This document shows positions 30,216 through 39,553 of a DNA stretch of 64,000 nucleotides, piece after piece. The notes under the pieces are model-generated. The model was not told the origin of the DNA. It did not search any database and saw only the letters and a program-made list of their open reading frames with translations. Source of the DNA: an uncultured bacterium (lineage in GTDB: Bacteria; Acidobacteriota; HRBIN11; JAKEFK01); the NCBI GenBank assembly GCA_963777505.1, contig CAVZQN010000004.1, forward strand, positions 768,001 through 832,000, written 5' to 3'. The translations under genes were made by a program, and so were the position numbers. Numbering within the stretch: the stretch's first letter is position 1; every line of letters starts with the position of its first letter.

Positions 30216-31352
30216 TTAACGGATCCATACGTCTGAAAATACGCGCAGGAGATTACGACCGAGAATCTTTTCGATACGAGCTCCTGTGTGACCACGGCTG
30301 GATAGCATGGATGCGAGTGTTTCGAGACGGCGTGGTGTGTTGAGTTCATTTGCGAAGAGGTATCCGTCTTCGGTTTCGTTTGGCGCAGCGATGCCGGCTT
30401 CACGTCGCGCGCGAGTGTTTTCCGCAAAGTTCTTGCGGAATGCGTCGTCAACGATTTCGGGTGAAATGCCGCCGTCGGTGCCAATCGATACGTGGTCTTC
30501 ACCCGCCACTTTGATCGCATGTTCCAGGTGAGCAATGACGTTTTCAGCGGTTGGCTGCTTTCCATTGTTCAGATAAGGCATGATGTAAATTCCCGCGACG
30601 CCGCCTTTTTCGGCGACTGTGCGTAACTCTTCATCGGTACGATGGCGTGGATGATCCGCCAGTGCAGCGCAGCCTGTGTGTGTGAAAGCAACAGGACGAG
30701 TTGAAGTCTTGATGGCGTCAGCAGCGGTGCGTCGTCCGCAATGGCTAAGATCCACAAGGATCCCGATTTCGTTCATGCGTGCAATCGCTTCAAATCCAGC
30801 TCGGCTCAACCCGGCATCGGCTGGTTCCATACATCCATCACCCAGAAGGTTACGCCGGTTGTATGTCGGTTGAATGATTCGTATTCCGAGTTTGTGAAAG
30901 TCGTTTAATAGCGAGAGATCGCTTTCGAAAGCAACACCATCTTGAAAACCATAGATTAAGCCGGTTTGTTTTGTCTTCTTAGCGGCAAGAATGTCTGTGG
31001 CTTTCCGTATGCGCGTGAGTACTTGCGGAACGCGGTCGATCTGTGATTCCCAATAGATAATTTCACGCACCGCTTGCACAAAGGCACTCTCCGGTGGTGT
31101 CGTACCAACCGGGAGGATTGTTATATTCACTGCAGCTAATCCTGACTGGCGTATATGCTCCACATCCGTTTCGGAAAGCGGAACACTGTTTTCTCTAGCG
31201 CTGTTTCCGGGTGACCCAAGGCCATCGATCACAATAGCAAGGTCGTATCCAATCCAATCGGCAGCAGATGCGAACTTCATCGGCAGAAGACCTGCAAGTG
31301 TCCAGACTGCCGCATTCGTCAAAAATGTTCGCCGTGTAATTTGCCCTATCAT
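30216..31352 (-). CDS. Tat-exported membrane dipeptidase (M19)
   Basis: TRRTFL twin-arginine signal; DLSHCG, THTG, HPRHRTD, IGTDG. Confidence 0.88.
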   Translation of the reverse strand: MIGQITRRTFLTNAAVWTLAGLLPMKFASAADWIGYDLAIVIDGLGSPGNSARENSVPLSETDVEHIRQSGLAAVNITILPVGTTPPESAFVQAVREIIYWESQIDRVPQVLTRIRKATDILAAKKTKQTGLIYGFQDGVAFESDLSLLNDFHKLGIRIIQPTYNRRNLLGDGCMEPADAGLSRAGFEAIARMNEIGILVDLSHCGRRTAADAIKTSTRPVAFTHTGCAALADHPRHRTDEELRTVAEKGGVAGIYIMPYLNNGKQPTAENVIAHLEHAIKVAGEDHVSIGTDGGISPEIVDDAFRKNFAENTRARREAGIAAPNETEDGYLFANELNTPRRLETLASMLSSRGHTGARIEKILGRNLLRVFSDVWIR

Positions 31353-31371
31353 AAGACACGAAATACCTATC

Positions 31372-31836
31372 CTATTTACCAGCTTGTGCGCCAGACATAC
31401 CTGTAATGATCTGCCAGGTCTCACCTCTACGTTGCCATGTATGTGTAATTCTATATTCGTCAAGTTGCCTTACTACCTCATTAGTACTAGCCGATCGGTA
31501 AAAGTCACGCACAAGATAATGGACAACAACAACGTCACCAAACGACCGTACAGCTTTTGGAGTCAATTCATAGTCATATCGTTCCGCTGGATCCTTGTGT
31601 AACGGGGCAATCCATTCGCCGATGTTCGCTTTCTCAACTGGCGTCATGCTAAAACCTGGCCAACCAATGAACCGCTCATCCCAAAGAGTCCGGTAACCTT
31701 TGATGTCGTTGTTCTTAACATATTTCCAATAAGCTTCTTCGAGGCCCCAAACCGCTTTTTCATCGGAAGCGCTATCAGGCCATAGCGAAGCCGAGAAAAA
31801 TAAGACTATTACGAAAGTTAGAAATAGTTTGCGCAT
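31372..31836 (-). CDS. secreted NTF2-like (DUF4440/SnoaL) protein
   Basis: Signal peptide; FGDVVVVHY, RITHTW....WQIITG. Confidence 0.82.
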   Translation of the reverse strand: MRKLFLTFVIVLFFSASLWPDSASDEKAVWGLEEAYWKYVKNNDIKGYRTLWDERFIGWPGFSMTPVEKANIGEWIAPLHKDPAERYDYELTPKAVRSFGDVVVVHYLVRDFYRSASTNEVVRQLDEYRITHTWQRRGETWQIITGMSGAQAGK

Positions 31837-31865
31837 AGTGTCCCCCATTAGATTTGTATCAAAAT

Positions 31866-32795
31866 TCAGGTGTTCTTGATTGACTTCCAATTCCTCAGTC
31901 GCTCTGCGAGCAATTCCGCACGCCGCTGGTCATCTACGCCATCCAGAGTTTGCATGTCAATTGGATCAGCGCGCAAATAGATACCCGATGTGCGCGCGTT
32001 CAATTTTGGGCGATTCTCTGATCGCGTTGTCCAGTATCCTGATGCTCGATCCGCGGATTCCATCCGGATCTCTCCGATGCCTTCCAACTGTGGCGCATTC
32101 GGGTCCATTGGCCGTTCGCCCTTCCAATAATAGAAGACGCCTGACAACTCCTTTTTCTCCTTAACCGCTTCACTCCAGTATCTGGCTGACAGACTTCCAT
32201 TCTCTTGCCAGGAGCGACCGGTCACCTCTAAAGCACCGTCGCGGTTGCGCGAAATCCGCAAGAGGCTTACAGCAGAAGGTTCCGTCGCGGTGCGCTCTGT
32301 GAGCGAATACTGCCACCACAGTCCTTCGATGCGGGAGAGGCGTCCTGAATCCTCGATCGCCTTCCGAATTTTTTGGTTAACCACTTTTATTTCTGCTGCG
32401 GTCGTTGCTTCGTCGTACCGCACACATGTAAGACCAAGAAGATCGCTTGGAAGCTTAGCGCCTTTCGCATGAAGGATAAAAGTGCGGCGCATTCCGAGGA
32501 TTCCTCCAAAAAGGCCGGCTTCAAAGACAACATTGTCTCGCGGAGAGGCTTGACCAGATTCTGGCGGAGGCAAAGCCGTTGTGTTCACGCTCGTCCAGTC
32601 GTCGCGGGCAAACACAAATGCCGCGAAGTCGACATCATACGCAATCTCGAGAAGCCGCTCCAACGTAGTTGTCCCTGGATTGAATGATGTTGTCCAGGGT
32701 TGAACGTGCGCGACGTCTTCAAGGCCGCGTGTCAGTGCATTCAACAATTTCTCTTGCTTTCCTGACGATCCTAGAAAGATGCGTGGTTTATCCAT
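31866..32795 (-). CDS. CAP12/Pycsar-type TIR domain protein with C-terminal beta-rich domain
   Basis: RIFLGSS, DFAAFVFARDD, PRDNVVFEAGLF (catalytic Glu), LPSDLLG. Confidence 0.88.
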   Translation of the reverse strand: MDKPRIFLGSSGKQEKLLNALTRGLEDVAHVQPWTTSFNPGTTTLERLLEIAYDVDFAAFVFARDDWTSVNTTALPPPESGQASPRDNVVFEAGLFGGILGMRRTFILHAKGAKLPSDLLGLTCVRYDEATTAAEIKVVNQKIRKAIEDSGRLSRIEGLWWQYSLTERTATEPSAVSLLRISRNRDGALEVTGRSWQENGSLSARYWSEAVKEKKELSGVFYYWKGERPMDPNAPQLEGIGEIRMESADRASGYWTTRSENRPKLNARTSGIYLRADPIDMQTLDGVDDQRRAELLAERLRNWKSIKNT

Positions 32796-32821
32796 CCGTC
32801 CTCCAAATTGCAGATCGGCTT

Positions 32822-33451
32822 TTATTTAGGCAGCACTCCTGGGGCAGCCCCAGCGCTAGAAGCCTTTTCTTTTCTCTCCATATCGGCGACCAGATCTTTG
32901 GCACCCGCGCCCCATCGGGAGATGGTTCGGAGAGCCTCAGTGAAAGGGATGTCCAGAGGATGCACCCGCCTCCCTTCGATGACATAGACTGTACCTGCAA
33001 GCGGCGTTGGTATCGATGGCACAAAGATCGTGTAACGTCCATCTTCAAACTCCTCAATGATGAATGCGGGGAGAAGACCCTCGTCACCTTCGAATAACGC
33101 CGGTCTCCAAATGTTTTCACGGCTCTCCCCAGCGATCTGCTGTGTGAGACTCCGAAAGAGTGCATAACCCGGGATTCTTTCAAAGAATCTTTTTTCCACC
33201 TTATCACGAACTCTTTTGCCTGTTCGAGTGCGGACGGCGACGCCAACGAGGAAGCATATCAAAAGCACGAAAAGCAGGGACAATGCTGACTCAGCAGGTA
33301 TCCAGTCTGGCAACATCGCGGCGATCGGACGCACAAGGCCCACGATGGATTTCATTCCCTTGAGCAGTAAAAGTACGGCAAGGTAGAGCGGTACAACAAT
33401 GAGCAAGCCGGAAAATAGCGCTCGTACAATGAACACTAGTGCTTTTTTCAT
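32822..33451 (-). CDS. DUF502 membrane protein
   Basis: GLLIVVP, two TM segments, ERIPGY, FVPSIPTPLAG. Confidence 0.88.
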   Translation of the reverse strand: MKKALVFIVRALFSGLLIVVPLYLAVLLLLKGMKSIVGLVRPIAAMLPDWIPAESALSLLFVLLICFLVGVAVRTRTGKRVRDKVEKRFFERIPGYALFRSLTQQIAGESRENIWRPALFEGDEGLLPAFIIEEFEDGRYTIFVPSIPTPLAGTVYVIEGRRVHPLDIPFTEALRTISRWGAGAKDLVADMERKEKASSAGAAPGVLPK

Positions 33452-33533
33452 AACGGCAACTTCCTCCGTTCTTGATTAAACATTACACAATAAAGCAATG
33501 ATGTGATACCACCTGCGGGTCATTCACCCGCAC

Positions 33534-35285
33534 CTACATTTTTAGTTTCACCTTAATCAGGCCGCGAATCGCATTGCTCACATAAACCTGATCTGCGTTT
33601 TGTACATCGTCCAGAGTCAAAGTTTTTTCGTGAGCATCCCAATTTCCTGATTCAAGCACATATCGCCTGTATGTTCCAGCAAGCAATCCTGATTGCACAG
33701 GTGGTGTATAAAACTTTCCGTTTCTTTCAACAAAAATATTTGAAATGGCTCCTTCAGTAATTTCATCGCGCTCATTCATAAATATGACATCGAAGTGTCC
33801 TTCACTTTTTGCATGCGCATGTTCTTTTTCGTAGAGCGTTCTTGCAGTTGTTTTGTGATATAAAAATCGATCGTTAGAATCCATTCGGTGTTGCGACAAA
33901 GTTACAGTGCATGGCTCATTCAATCGCATGATGTCTTCGGTTTCAATGTGCGCGTCTCCTGATTCATGCAAGATTAACCGCACTCGCGCGTGGCTATGCT
34001 GTGTTCCTATTCCATTCAGCGCGGCTTCGATTGCATCGCGATCAAATTTGAAAAGAAAATATTGTGCGGATCGTTCCAAACGTTCTAAATGAAACTTTAA
34101 GTGACGATATCCTTTTTCAGATTCCCACAAAATCGTTTCAAAGAGGCTGAATTGTGGTTTGGCTTCAGTGAGAAATTGTGCTTTCAACTTGCACTCTTCA
34201 TACTCACGAGTTGCATCGGCTTCGTATAAGATCCCGCTGCCAACTCCCATTTCGAGTTGTCCGGAGACACGATCCAAAGCTATTGTACGGATCGCAACAT
34301 TAAAGACACACTGAGTTGCTGACCACCAGCCGATTGTACCTGTGTAGATACCACGCGGTACTTGTTCGAGTTCATGGATAATTTGCATTGTTCTCAGTTT
34401 TGGCGCGCCCGTTACTGAACCAGATGGAAAAGTCGCCTCAAGGATCCTCGCTACATCTGTTTGTGAGTTGAGTGTTCCTCTCACAGTGGAGGTCATTTGC
34501 AGCAATGTTTCATATTGTTCGATCTCCATAGGCGCAGCAACATGAACGCTGCCGGATTCGCAAATTTTTCCCAGATCGTTACGCAGCAAATCAACAATCA
34601 TAAGATTTTCACTTTGTTCTTTAATGCTGTTGCGCAACGTAGAAGCATTTTCGGCATCTTCTTCAAGAGTTTTCCCGCGGGCTGATGTTCCTTTCATCGG
34701 ACGCATTTCGATTTGTGTTCCATCTTTTCGGAAAAATAGTTCAGGGGAAAAAGAAAGAGCCGCCCATTCCGGCGTTTCAATTAAAGCTGCATAGTTAACT
34801 CGTTGTTGTTGACGCAACCATGCATAGAGATCGCGCGGAGTTCCATCATAAGCTCCGGTATAACGCAGTGTGTAGTTGACTTGATACGTATCGCCCCGCG
34901 CTATGTGAGATTTAATCCTTTGAAGAGCGTCATTATAAGAACTTAGATTTTCATTTAAATGCAGATTGAGGATTTCAGGCTGGCTTTCATTGCCAAAAAA
35001 GCTATGTGGCAACTCGGTTTCAAAATTCTTCGACAATGCAAACCAGAGAAGCGGCAGGCTTGGTTTTCGGGGCTCAGGCAAATTCGGTAAGAATACATAC
35101 CCAGCTTCATAACTTAAGAAACCAAATGCAGTCCAACCTTGCCTGGTATGTTCCTCGATTTCTTTCAGCAGGTATTTGATCTCATCAGGATTATTTGACT
35201 GCACAATTTTCTCGGGTTCACGTACCAGAAAGGTTTGTCTTTCTTGTAAATTCGGACGAAGCGATTCGAGGAGCACAAGAGTCAT
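33534..35285 (-). CDS. pabB: aminodeoxychorismate synthase component I fused to ADC lyase domain
   Basis: GDTYQVNYT, SPELF, PMKGT, ENLMIVDLLRND, PSGSVTGAPK; class-IV domain HKTT.R, EGAISNIF, GLLAGT.R. Confidence 0.93.
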   Translation of the reverse strand: MTLVLLESLRPNLQERQTFLVREPEKIVQSNNPDEIKYLLKEIEEHTRQGWTAFGFLSYEAGYVFLPNLPEPRKPSLPLLWFALSKNFETELPHSFFGNESQPEILNLHLNENLSSYNDALQRIKSHIARGDTYQVNYTLRYTGAYDGTPRDLYAWLRQQQRVNYAALIETPEWAALSFSPELFFRKDGTQIEMRPMKGTSARGKTLEEDAENASTLRNSIKEQSENLMIVDLLRNDLGKICESGSVHVAAPMEIEQYETLLQMTSTVRGTLNSQTDVARILEATFPSGSVTGAPKLRTMQIIHELEQVPRGIYTGTIGWWSATQCVFNVAIRTIALDRVSGQLEMGVGSGILYEADATREYEECKLKAQFLTEAKPQFSLFETILWESEKGYRHLKFHLERLERSAQYFLFKFDRDAIEAALNGIGTQHSHARVRLILHESGDAHIETEDIMRLNEPCTVTLSQHRMDSNDRFLYHKTTARTLYEKEHAHAKSEGHFDVIFMNERDEITEGAISNIFVERNGKFYTPPVQSGLLAGTYRRYVLESGNWDAHEKTLTLDDVQNADQVYVSNAIRGLIKVKLKM

Positions 35286-35375
35286 AACAACATTTTAACG
35301 CGTAGTTCAATCAGAAACCTGACGAGATATGCGAAATTCTGAAGAAGTGATCGCAGTCAATCGAGGACAGAGACA

Positions 35376-35391
35376 TGGCAAGCCTCTTGCT
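35376..35391 (+). promoter_or_regulatory. sigma-54 promoter
   Basis: TGGCAAGCCTCTTGCT (GG-N10-GC) upstream of RBS GGAGG and ATG 35438. Confidence 0.7.
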
Positions 35392-35437
35392 GAGGAACAT
35401 AGGCGTGGTTAAGAAGCTAATCACGGAGGGTTTTCGA

Positions 35438-36079
35438 ATGAAGAACATCTTAGTTCTTGCCTTTGTTTTGTTAGTGTCCTTAATTTCGGCTGTTTCTGTG
35501 CAAGCCGAAACAGAAATTTTGATTCATTCCGGATGGTCTTTCGCAAATGCTGAGATGGATTCTGTTCCGTGCATTTTTTGCCGTGATCCTATAATTGTTC
35601 CTCCTTTCACCTTCACAACCGAAGCCGGCAACAGTCCTGTATTCGGCTTCAAGGTTGCGTATTTTCTGAATAACCGGGCGGGCATCGAAGGGGGATTTTC
35701 TATCGCCCCGAATCATACCGTAACCACTTCAAATGTTTTTGAATGCCCGCCCGGTATGATATGTCCATTGGCGCTTTTTCCTTTCTTTCTAAGCGAACAC
35801 AACATGGTTACCTATCAATACGATGCAAATTTTGTCTACAACATACTCACCGGTGATGTGCAGCCGTATATCACAATCGGTGTGGGTGGAATTTCTTCCG
35901 ATCTTGAAACGGATGTGCGAAGTGATTTCGTTTTGAATTATGGTGGCGGCGCCAAATTTTGGTTTAACAAATTTGGATTACGCTTTGAATTAAATGATCA
36001 TGTCATTCCGAACTATTTCCTTACTGAGGAAACAGAACACAACATTCAAGTTCAGTACGGTTTTCTATTCAAGCTTTGA
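35438..36079 (+). CDS. small outer-membrane beta-barrel protein
   Basis: Signal peptide VQA-E, QPYITIGVG, NYGGGAK, LRFELND; Cys pairs in loops. Confidence 0.85.
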   Translation: MKNILVLAFVLLVSLISAVSVQAETEILIHSGWSFANAEMDSVPCIFCRDPIIVPPFTFTTEAGNSPVFGFKVAYFLNNRAGIEGGFSIAPNHTVTTSNVFECPPGMICPLALFPFFLSEHNMVTYQYDANFVYNILTGDVQPYITIGVGGISSDLETDVRSDFVLNYGGGAKFWFNKFGLRFELNDHVIPNYFLTEETEHNIQVQYGFLFKL

Positions 36080-36104
36080 GTCTTTGCGGTAAAAGAAATC
36101 CTTA

Positions 36105-36968
36105 TTAGTCGGATTGAAACATGGAATTCTTTTTTGCGCTAAACGAGCTGAAAGAGATTGCTGTTGGGCCATTCGCGCCGCCTTGAGCGTAAATTCCGAC
36201 TTTACCTTTATGATCCGTAGCATCGACAAATTGGAGGAGAAGCTCATCGTCCAGATAGGCACTCACTAAATCGTCTTCAGTTTTGAGAGCTAATTGATAT
36301 TTAACGTTCTTACGGATTTCTTTTGTTTTTGGAAGTTTTAAGAATCCTGTGAGATCGTACCAGGTCCCGCTTGCATAACCCTGAACGAGATAATTATTCT
36401 TCCCACCAATCATAAACACGTGGAAATTATCTACGCTTGCCGCGCAACAAATAATACCGAAGAGAACATCTTGTTCACCTTCTTTCCATTCAATCGTGCC
36501 TTCAATCGTTGAATTGTCTGAAGCGACGGTATCGTAAATTACAGCATAAAAACTTTTATCGGGTGGGAGAAGTTCCAGGGTGTTGTCTACATATCTCGCT
36601 TTGTTACCAAAGAGTTGTATGTCCTTTTCTATTTGGGGATGAGGCTTTCGAAACGTATCGCGAACAAATACACCTGGCGGAAAGAAATAAAAATATGCTA
36701 CTGCGCCGCCAATTCCGAGCACCAATAAGAATGCGGCAGCTAAAGCGACAATAATTTTTGCTGATCCGCTTTTCGATGGAACTTGAATATTTGGAATACC
36801 ACCGGGTGACAGAGGACCCGAATAAGGTTGATGAGCCGGTTGTTGAGGAAGCGGCTGAGGTGGAGGATCTGGTGGTCTTGGATGAGTTCGATCGACCTGT
36901 TCACGTCCACATGAAATACAAAATCGCGAACCCGGATTGATTGGTTGACTACAATGAATGCAATTCAT
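36105..36968 (-). CDS. zinc-ribbon / Pro-rich / TM / extracytoplasmic beta-sandwich protein
   Basis: CxxC...FCxxCG N terminus, Pro-rich linker, one TM, DUF1080-like C terminus (GKVGIYA). Confidence 0.75.
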   Translation of the reverse strand: MNCIHCSQPINPGSRFCISCGREQVDRTHPRPPDPPPQPLPQQPAHQPYSGPLSPGGIPNIQVPSKSGSAKIIVALAAAFLLVLGIGGAVAYFYFFPPGVFVRDTFRKPHPQIEKDIQLFGNKARYVDNTLELLPPDKSFYAVIYDTVASDNSTIEGTIEWKEGEQDVLFGIICCAASVDNFHVFMIGGKNNYLVQGYASGTWYDLTGFLKLPKTKEIRKNVKYQLALKTEDDLVSAYLDDELLLQFVDATDHKGKVGIYAQGGANGPTAISFSSFSAKKNSMFQSD

Positions 36969-37084
36969 TAGATGAAATCTTAACCGATTGGAAGTAAACC
37001 TCCAAGGAGCCGGGACATATCAAAATTCTGAGGATTATCAACTTTTAGTAGGGTCTATTTTCATGCTTCTCGACGATGAAATGA

Positions 37085-37100
37085 TGGCAAATTGCTTGCA
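37085..37100 (+). promoter_or_regulatory. sigma-54 promoter
   Basis: TGGCAAATTGCTTGCA (GG-N10-GC) about 40 bp upstream of ATG 37140. Confidence 0.65.
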
Positions 37101-37139
37101 AGTGCAAGATTCATCATGAAAAAGGACTATGCAATCAGG

Positions 37140-37544
37140 ATGAGAAAATTGATTTGGTTTTTATTAGGTTCACTTGTCATTTTGCTTCTTGGATGTTCAT
37201 CTGAAAATCCAGCTTTGAATGTGCCTCCGGATGGTCAATATTTTACGGTCCAGGCTGGAAACGATACGTTCGTTATGTTTGTGACCGATGAAGCTTCAAT
37301 CCGTCTTGCTACGGAAAATTTTCAGAGAAAAAACAAAATGTTCCCTTCAGGGCGCATTGAAACAGGACATGGCGGATACAACTGGCCATGGAATTGGCAT
37401 TTTATTCCGCAAAGTGTCCGCATGGTTGAAGTTTCGATTGAAGTTTGTGATGGTGCGCCAAGTTATGTTGAGAAACATGTGAATGATTTTGTGGCGGTGG
37501 GTTACTGCCCTTGGAATGCGAGAGTAATTAAGATCGGTCGTTAG
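37140..37544 (+). CDS. BP74-related lipoprotein
   Basis: Lipobox LLGC; YN.PW.WH, IEVCDG.PSYVE, YCPW. Confidence 0.8.
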   Translation: MRKLIWFLLGSLVILLLGCSSENPALNVPPDGQYFTVQAGNDTFVMFVTDEASIRLATENFQRKNKMFPSGRIETGHGGYNWPWNWHFIPQSVRMVEVSIEVCDGAPSYVEKHVNDFVAVGYCPWNARVIKIGR

Positions 37545-37582
37545 TTTTCATTCCGTCAATAGAACTAGGTCCCCCCTAGATG

Positions 37583-37618
37583 GGCCTCCTGACTGGACGC
37601 AGGAGGCCTTTTTCTTTT
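37583..37618 (+). terminator. rho-independent terminator between convergent genes
   Basis: GGCCTCCTG...CAGGAGGCC followed by TTTTTCTTTT. Confidence 0.8.
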
Positions 37619-37626
37619 AGTCCAGT

Positions 37627-37887
37627 TTATTTTGCCAGCCGGCTGAGTCTTGCTTTATGACGTGCCGCAGCATTCTTATGCAAAACACCTTTCTTCACTG
37701 CCTTGTCGATGATCGAATAAGTTTCTGGTAATGACTTTGCGGCTCCGGCTTTATCACCCGATGCTCCAATCGAACGCACCTTTTTCAGTTGCGATTTCAA
37801 TCGCGTCTTATTGGCCTTGTTCCGAGCCTGTGCTTTCTTCGACTGTCGTAAACGTTTCTTCGTTGATAGTGAACTTGCTTTACCCAT
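37627..37887 (-). CDS. rpsT: 30S ribosomal protein S20
   Basis: KKRLRQS..., IDKAVKKGVLHKNAAARHKARL; located after holA. Confidence 0.95.
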   Translation of the reverse strand: MGKASSLSTKKRLRQSKKAQARNKANKTRLKSQLKKVRSIGASGDKAGAAKSLPETYSIIDKAVKKGVLHKNAAARHKARLSRLAK

Positions 37888-37969
37888 TTTTACTCCACTT
37901 GAAATTGTTATTAATTCTTGGCGTCATGGCGCCTTGGCGGTTGAGTTCGGAAAAACGGTTAATTTATCA

Positions 37970-39010
37970 TTATTGGAGCGGAACGTCAAAGATAGGCTGC
38001 GGAGGGAGTTTCAGGTTACAAAGCTGAATTGTCATCAATTGTAGAACAGTCTCATCCTTCGCCTGGCTTGTTTTTAGTGCTTTGTCGGCTGTCGATAAAA
38101 TAGCAACCGCCTTTACGAGATCCTGGATCGTGTAACGCGAAAGCTGATTTAGATACCCTCTCAAATAATAAACAGGTTTTCCGATTTTCTTTGAAATTGT
38201 TGCTTCAGGTACTTTTTGCTGAACCATCTCTTTAGTCAAAATCATCTTCTCGTATTGCTTCCCTAGAATCGCTACGCATTTGATTGGCTCTTCGCCGTTT
38301 TCAAGAAGATCATTTAGATATTGAATTGCCGGTTCGGCATTTTGATCCAGAATCGCTTCGGTCCACTGCCAAACCGTGGCAATCGGAGAATGGCCAACCA
38401 TGATTGCAACATCCTCTTCCTTGATCCTTTTTTCCGCACTTCGCAACAACATTAGCTTTTCAAGCTCTCCTGCAATTCTTTGCAAATCATTTCCCGTGCG
38501 TTCTATGAGGGCTTGAGCTGCACCAGAATCGATTTGAAAATTTAAAGTCCGCAAATGACTGTTGATCCAGCTTGGCAATTCCTTTTCGCTTAAAGGAGTA
38601 AATTCCACAATTGTCGTTTTTTTCTCAAGAATTGCTTTCAACTTCGAACGTCCTTCCCATTGATTAACATCAAAGATGAGGAGAGTATTTGGGGATGGAG
38701 AATCGAGATAACGTTCAAGATAGTCCTTCACTTTATTCAATGACTTATCCAGCGCTGCTGCGCCTTTAATATGGACAATCTTCCAATCCGAAAACATTGG
38801 AAGGGTGCTGGCGTCTTCAAGAAATGTGTTGTCCTTCAACTCATCACCTGTGAAGGAACGGTAGTTATATTGTTTCGAATCGGCATCCATGAAGCGTGCC
38901 AACACAGCATCCATAGCGCGATCCTTTAGAAATACTTCCTCACCGAGAAGTGTAATAACTGGAGGAATATTTTTACTTTGTACGGCTTTCAAAAATTCTG
39001 AATATTTCAC
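37970..39010 (-). CDS. holA: DNA polymerase III delta subunit
   Basis: LLGEEVFL, TLPMFS, GNDL..IAGELEKL, AD.ALKTS; leuS-lptE-holA synteny. Confidence 0.92.
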   Translation of the reverse strand: MKYSEFLKAVQSKNIPPVITLLGEEVFLKDRAMDAVLARFMDADSKQYNYRSFTGDELKDNTFLEDASTLPMFSDWKIVHIKGAAALDKSLNKVKDYLERYLDSPSPNTLLIFDVNQWEGRSKLKAILEKKTTIVEFTPLSEKELPSWINSHLRTLNFQIDSGAAQALIERTGNDLQRIAGELEKLMLLRSAEKRIKEEDVAIMVGHSPIATVWQWTEAILDQNAEPAIQYLNDLLENGEEPIKCVAILGKQYEKMILTKEMVQQKVPEATISKKIGKPVYYLRGYLNQLSRYTIQDLVKAVAILSTADKALKTSQAKDETVLQLMTIQLCNLKLPPQPIFDVPLQ

Positions 39011-39025
39011 TTTGAGTCTTTGCGG

Positions 39026-39541
39026 TTAGAATCCTTCTAAGATGGCGCTGACTATTGACTCCGCAAAATCCCGCGCGATTTCATCTATGGCTTGTGATTG
39101 TCTATCGAAGAATGCAAGTTCACTTTGATCAATTTCGTATTGTCCACGAAATACAAAGCCTGGATTTTGAAAAAGGATCTTTTTTTGAACTTCATCACTA
39201 AACGTAACCTTTGCGGAAATAATAACGTTGTACTCTCTTGCGCGGCCATCCGGATTAAATACAACCGGGACAAGCGATAAGGAATTAATTGTTCCTTTTA
39301 AAACGGCATCTACGTTTTGAGCTTCTGGTTTCACTTCGTACTTTCCGCGTTGAATTAAGACTGTAATCACGCTGCCTGTAATTTTTTGTTCGACTTCATA
39401 TCCTTGAGTGTTGTTCACAAAAATTGGAACACCAATCGTATGAATATGTTCAGGAAGGCTGGTACCGGTTCCAGCCAGATGATAACCACAGCCGTTGAAT
39501 AAAAGAGGCAACAAAATAACCAGGAATAAAATTCTTTTCAT
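39026..39541 (-). CDS. lptE: LPS assembly lipoprotein LptE
   Basis: Lipobox NGCGYHL; position between leuS and holA. Confidence 0.88.
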   Translation of the reverse strand: MKRILFLVILLPLLFNGCGYHLAGTGTSLPEHIHTIGVPIFVNNTQGYEVEQKITGSVITVLIQRGKYEVKPEAQNVDAVLKGTINSLSLVPVVFNPDGRAREYNVIISAKVTFSDEVQKKILFQNPGFVFRGQYEIDQSELAFFDRQSQAIDEIARDFAESIVSAILEGF

Positions 39542-39553
39542 ATCACCCTAATT

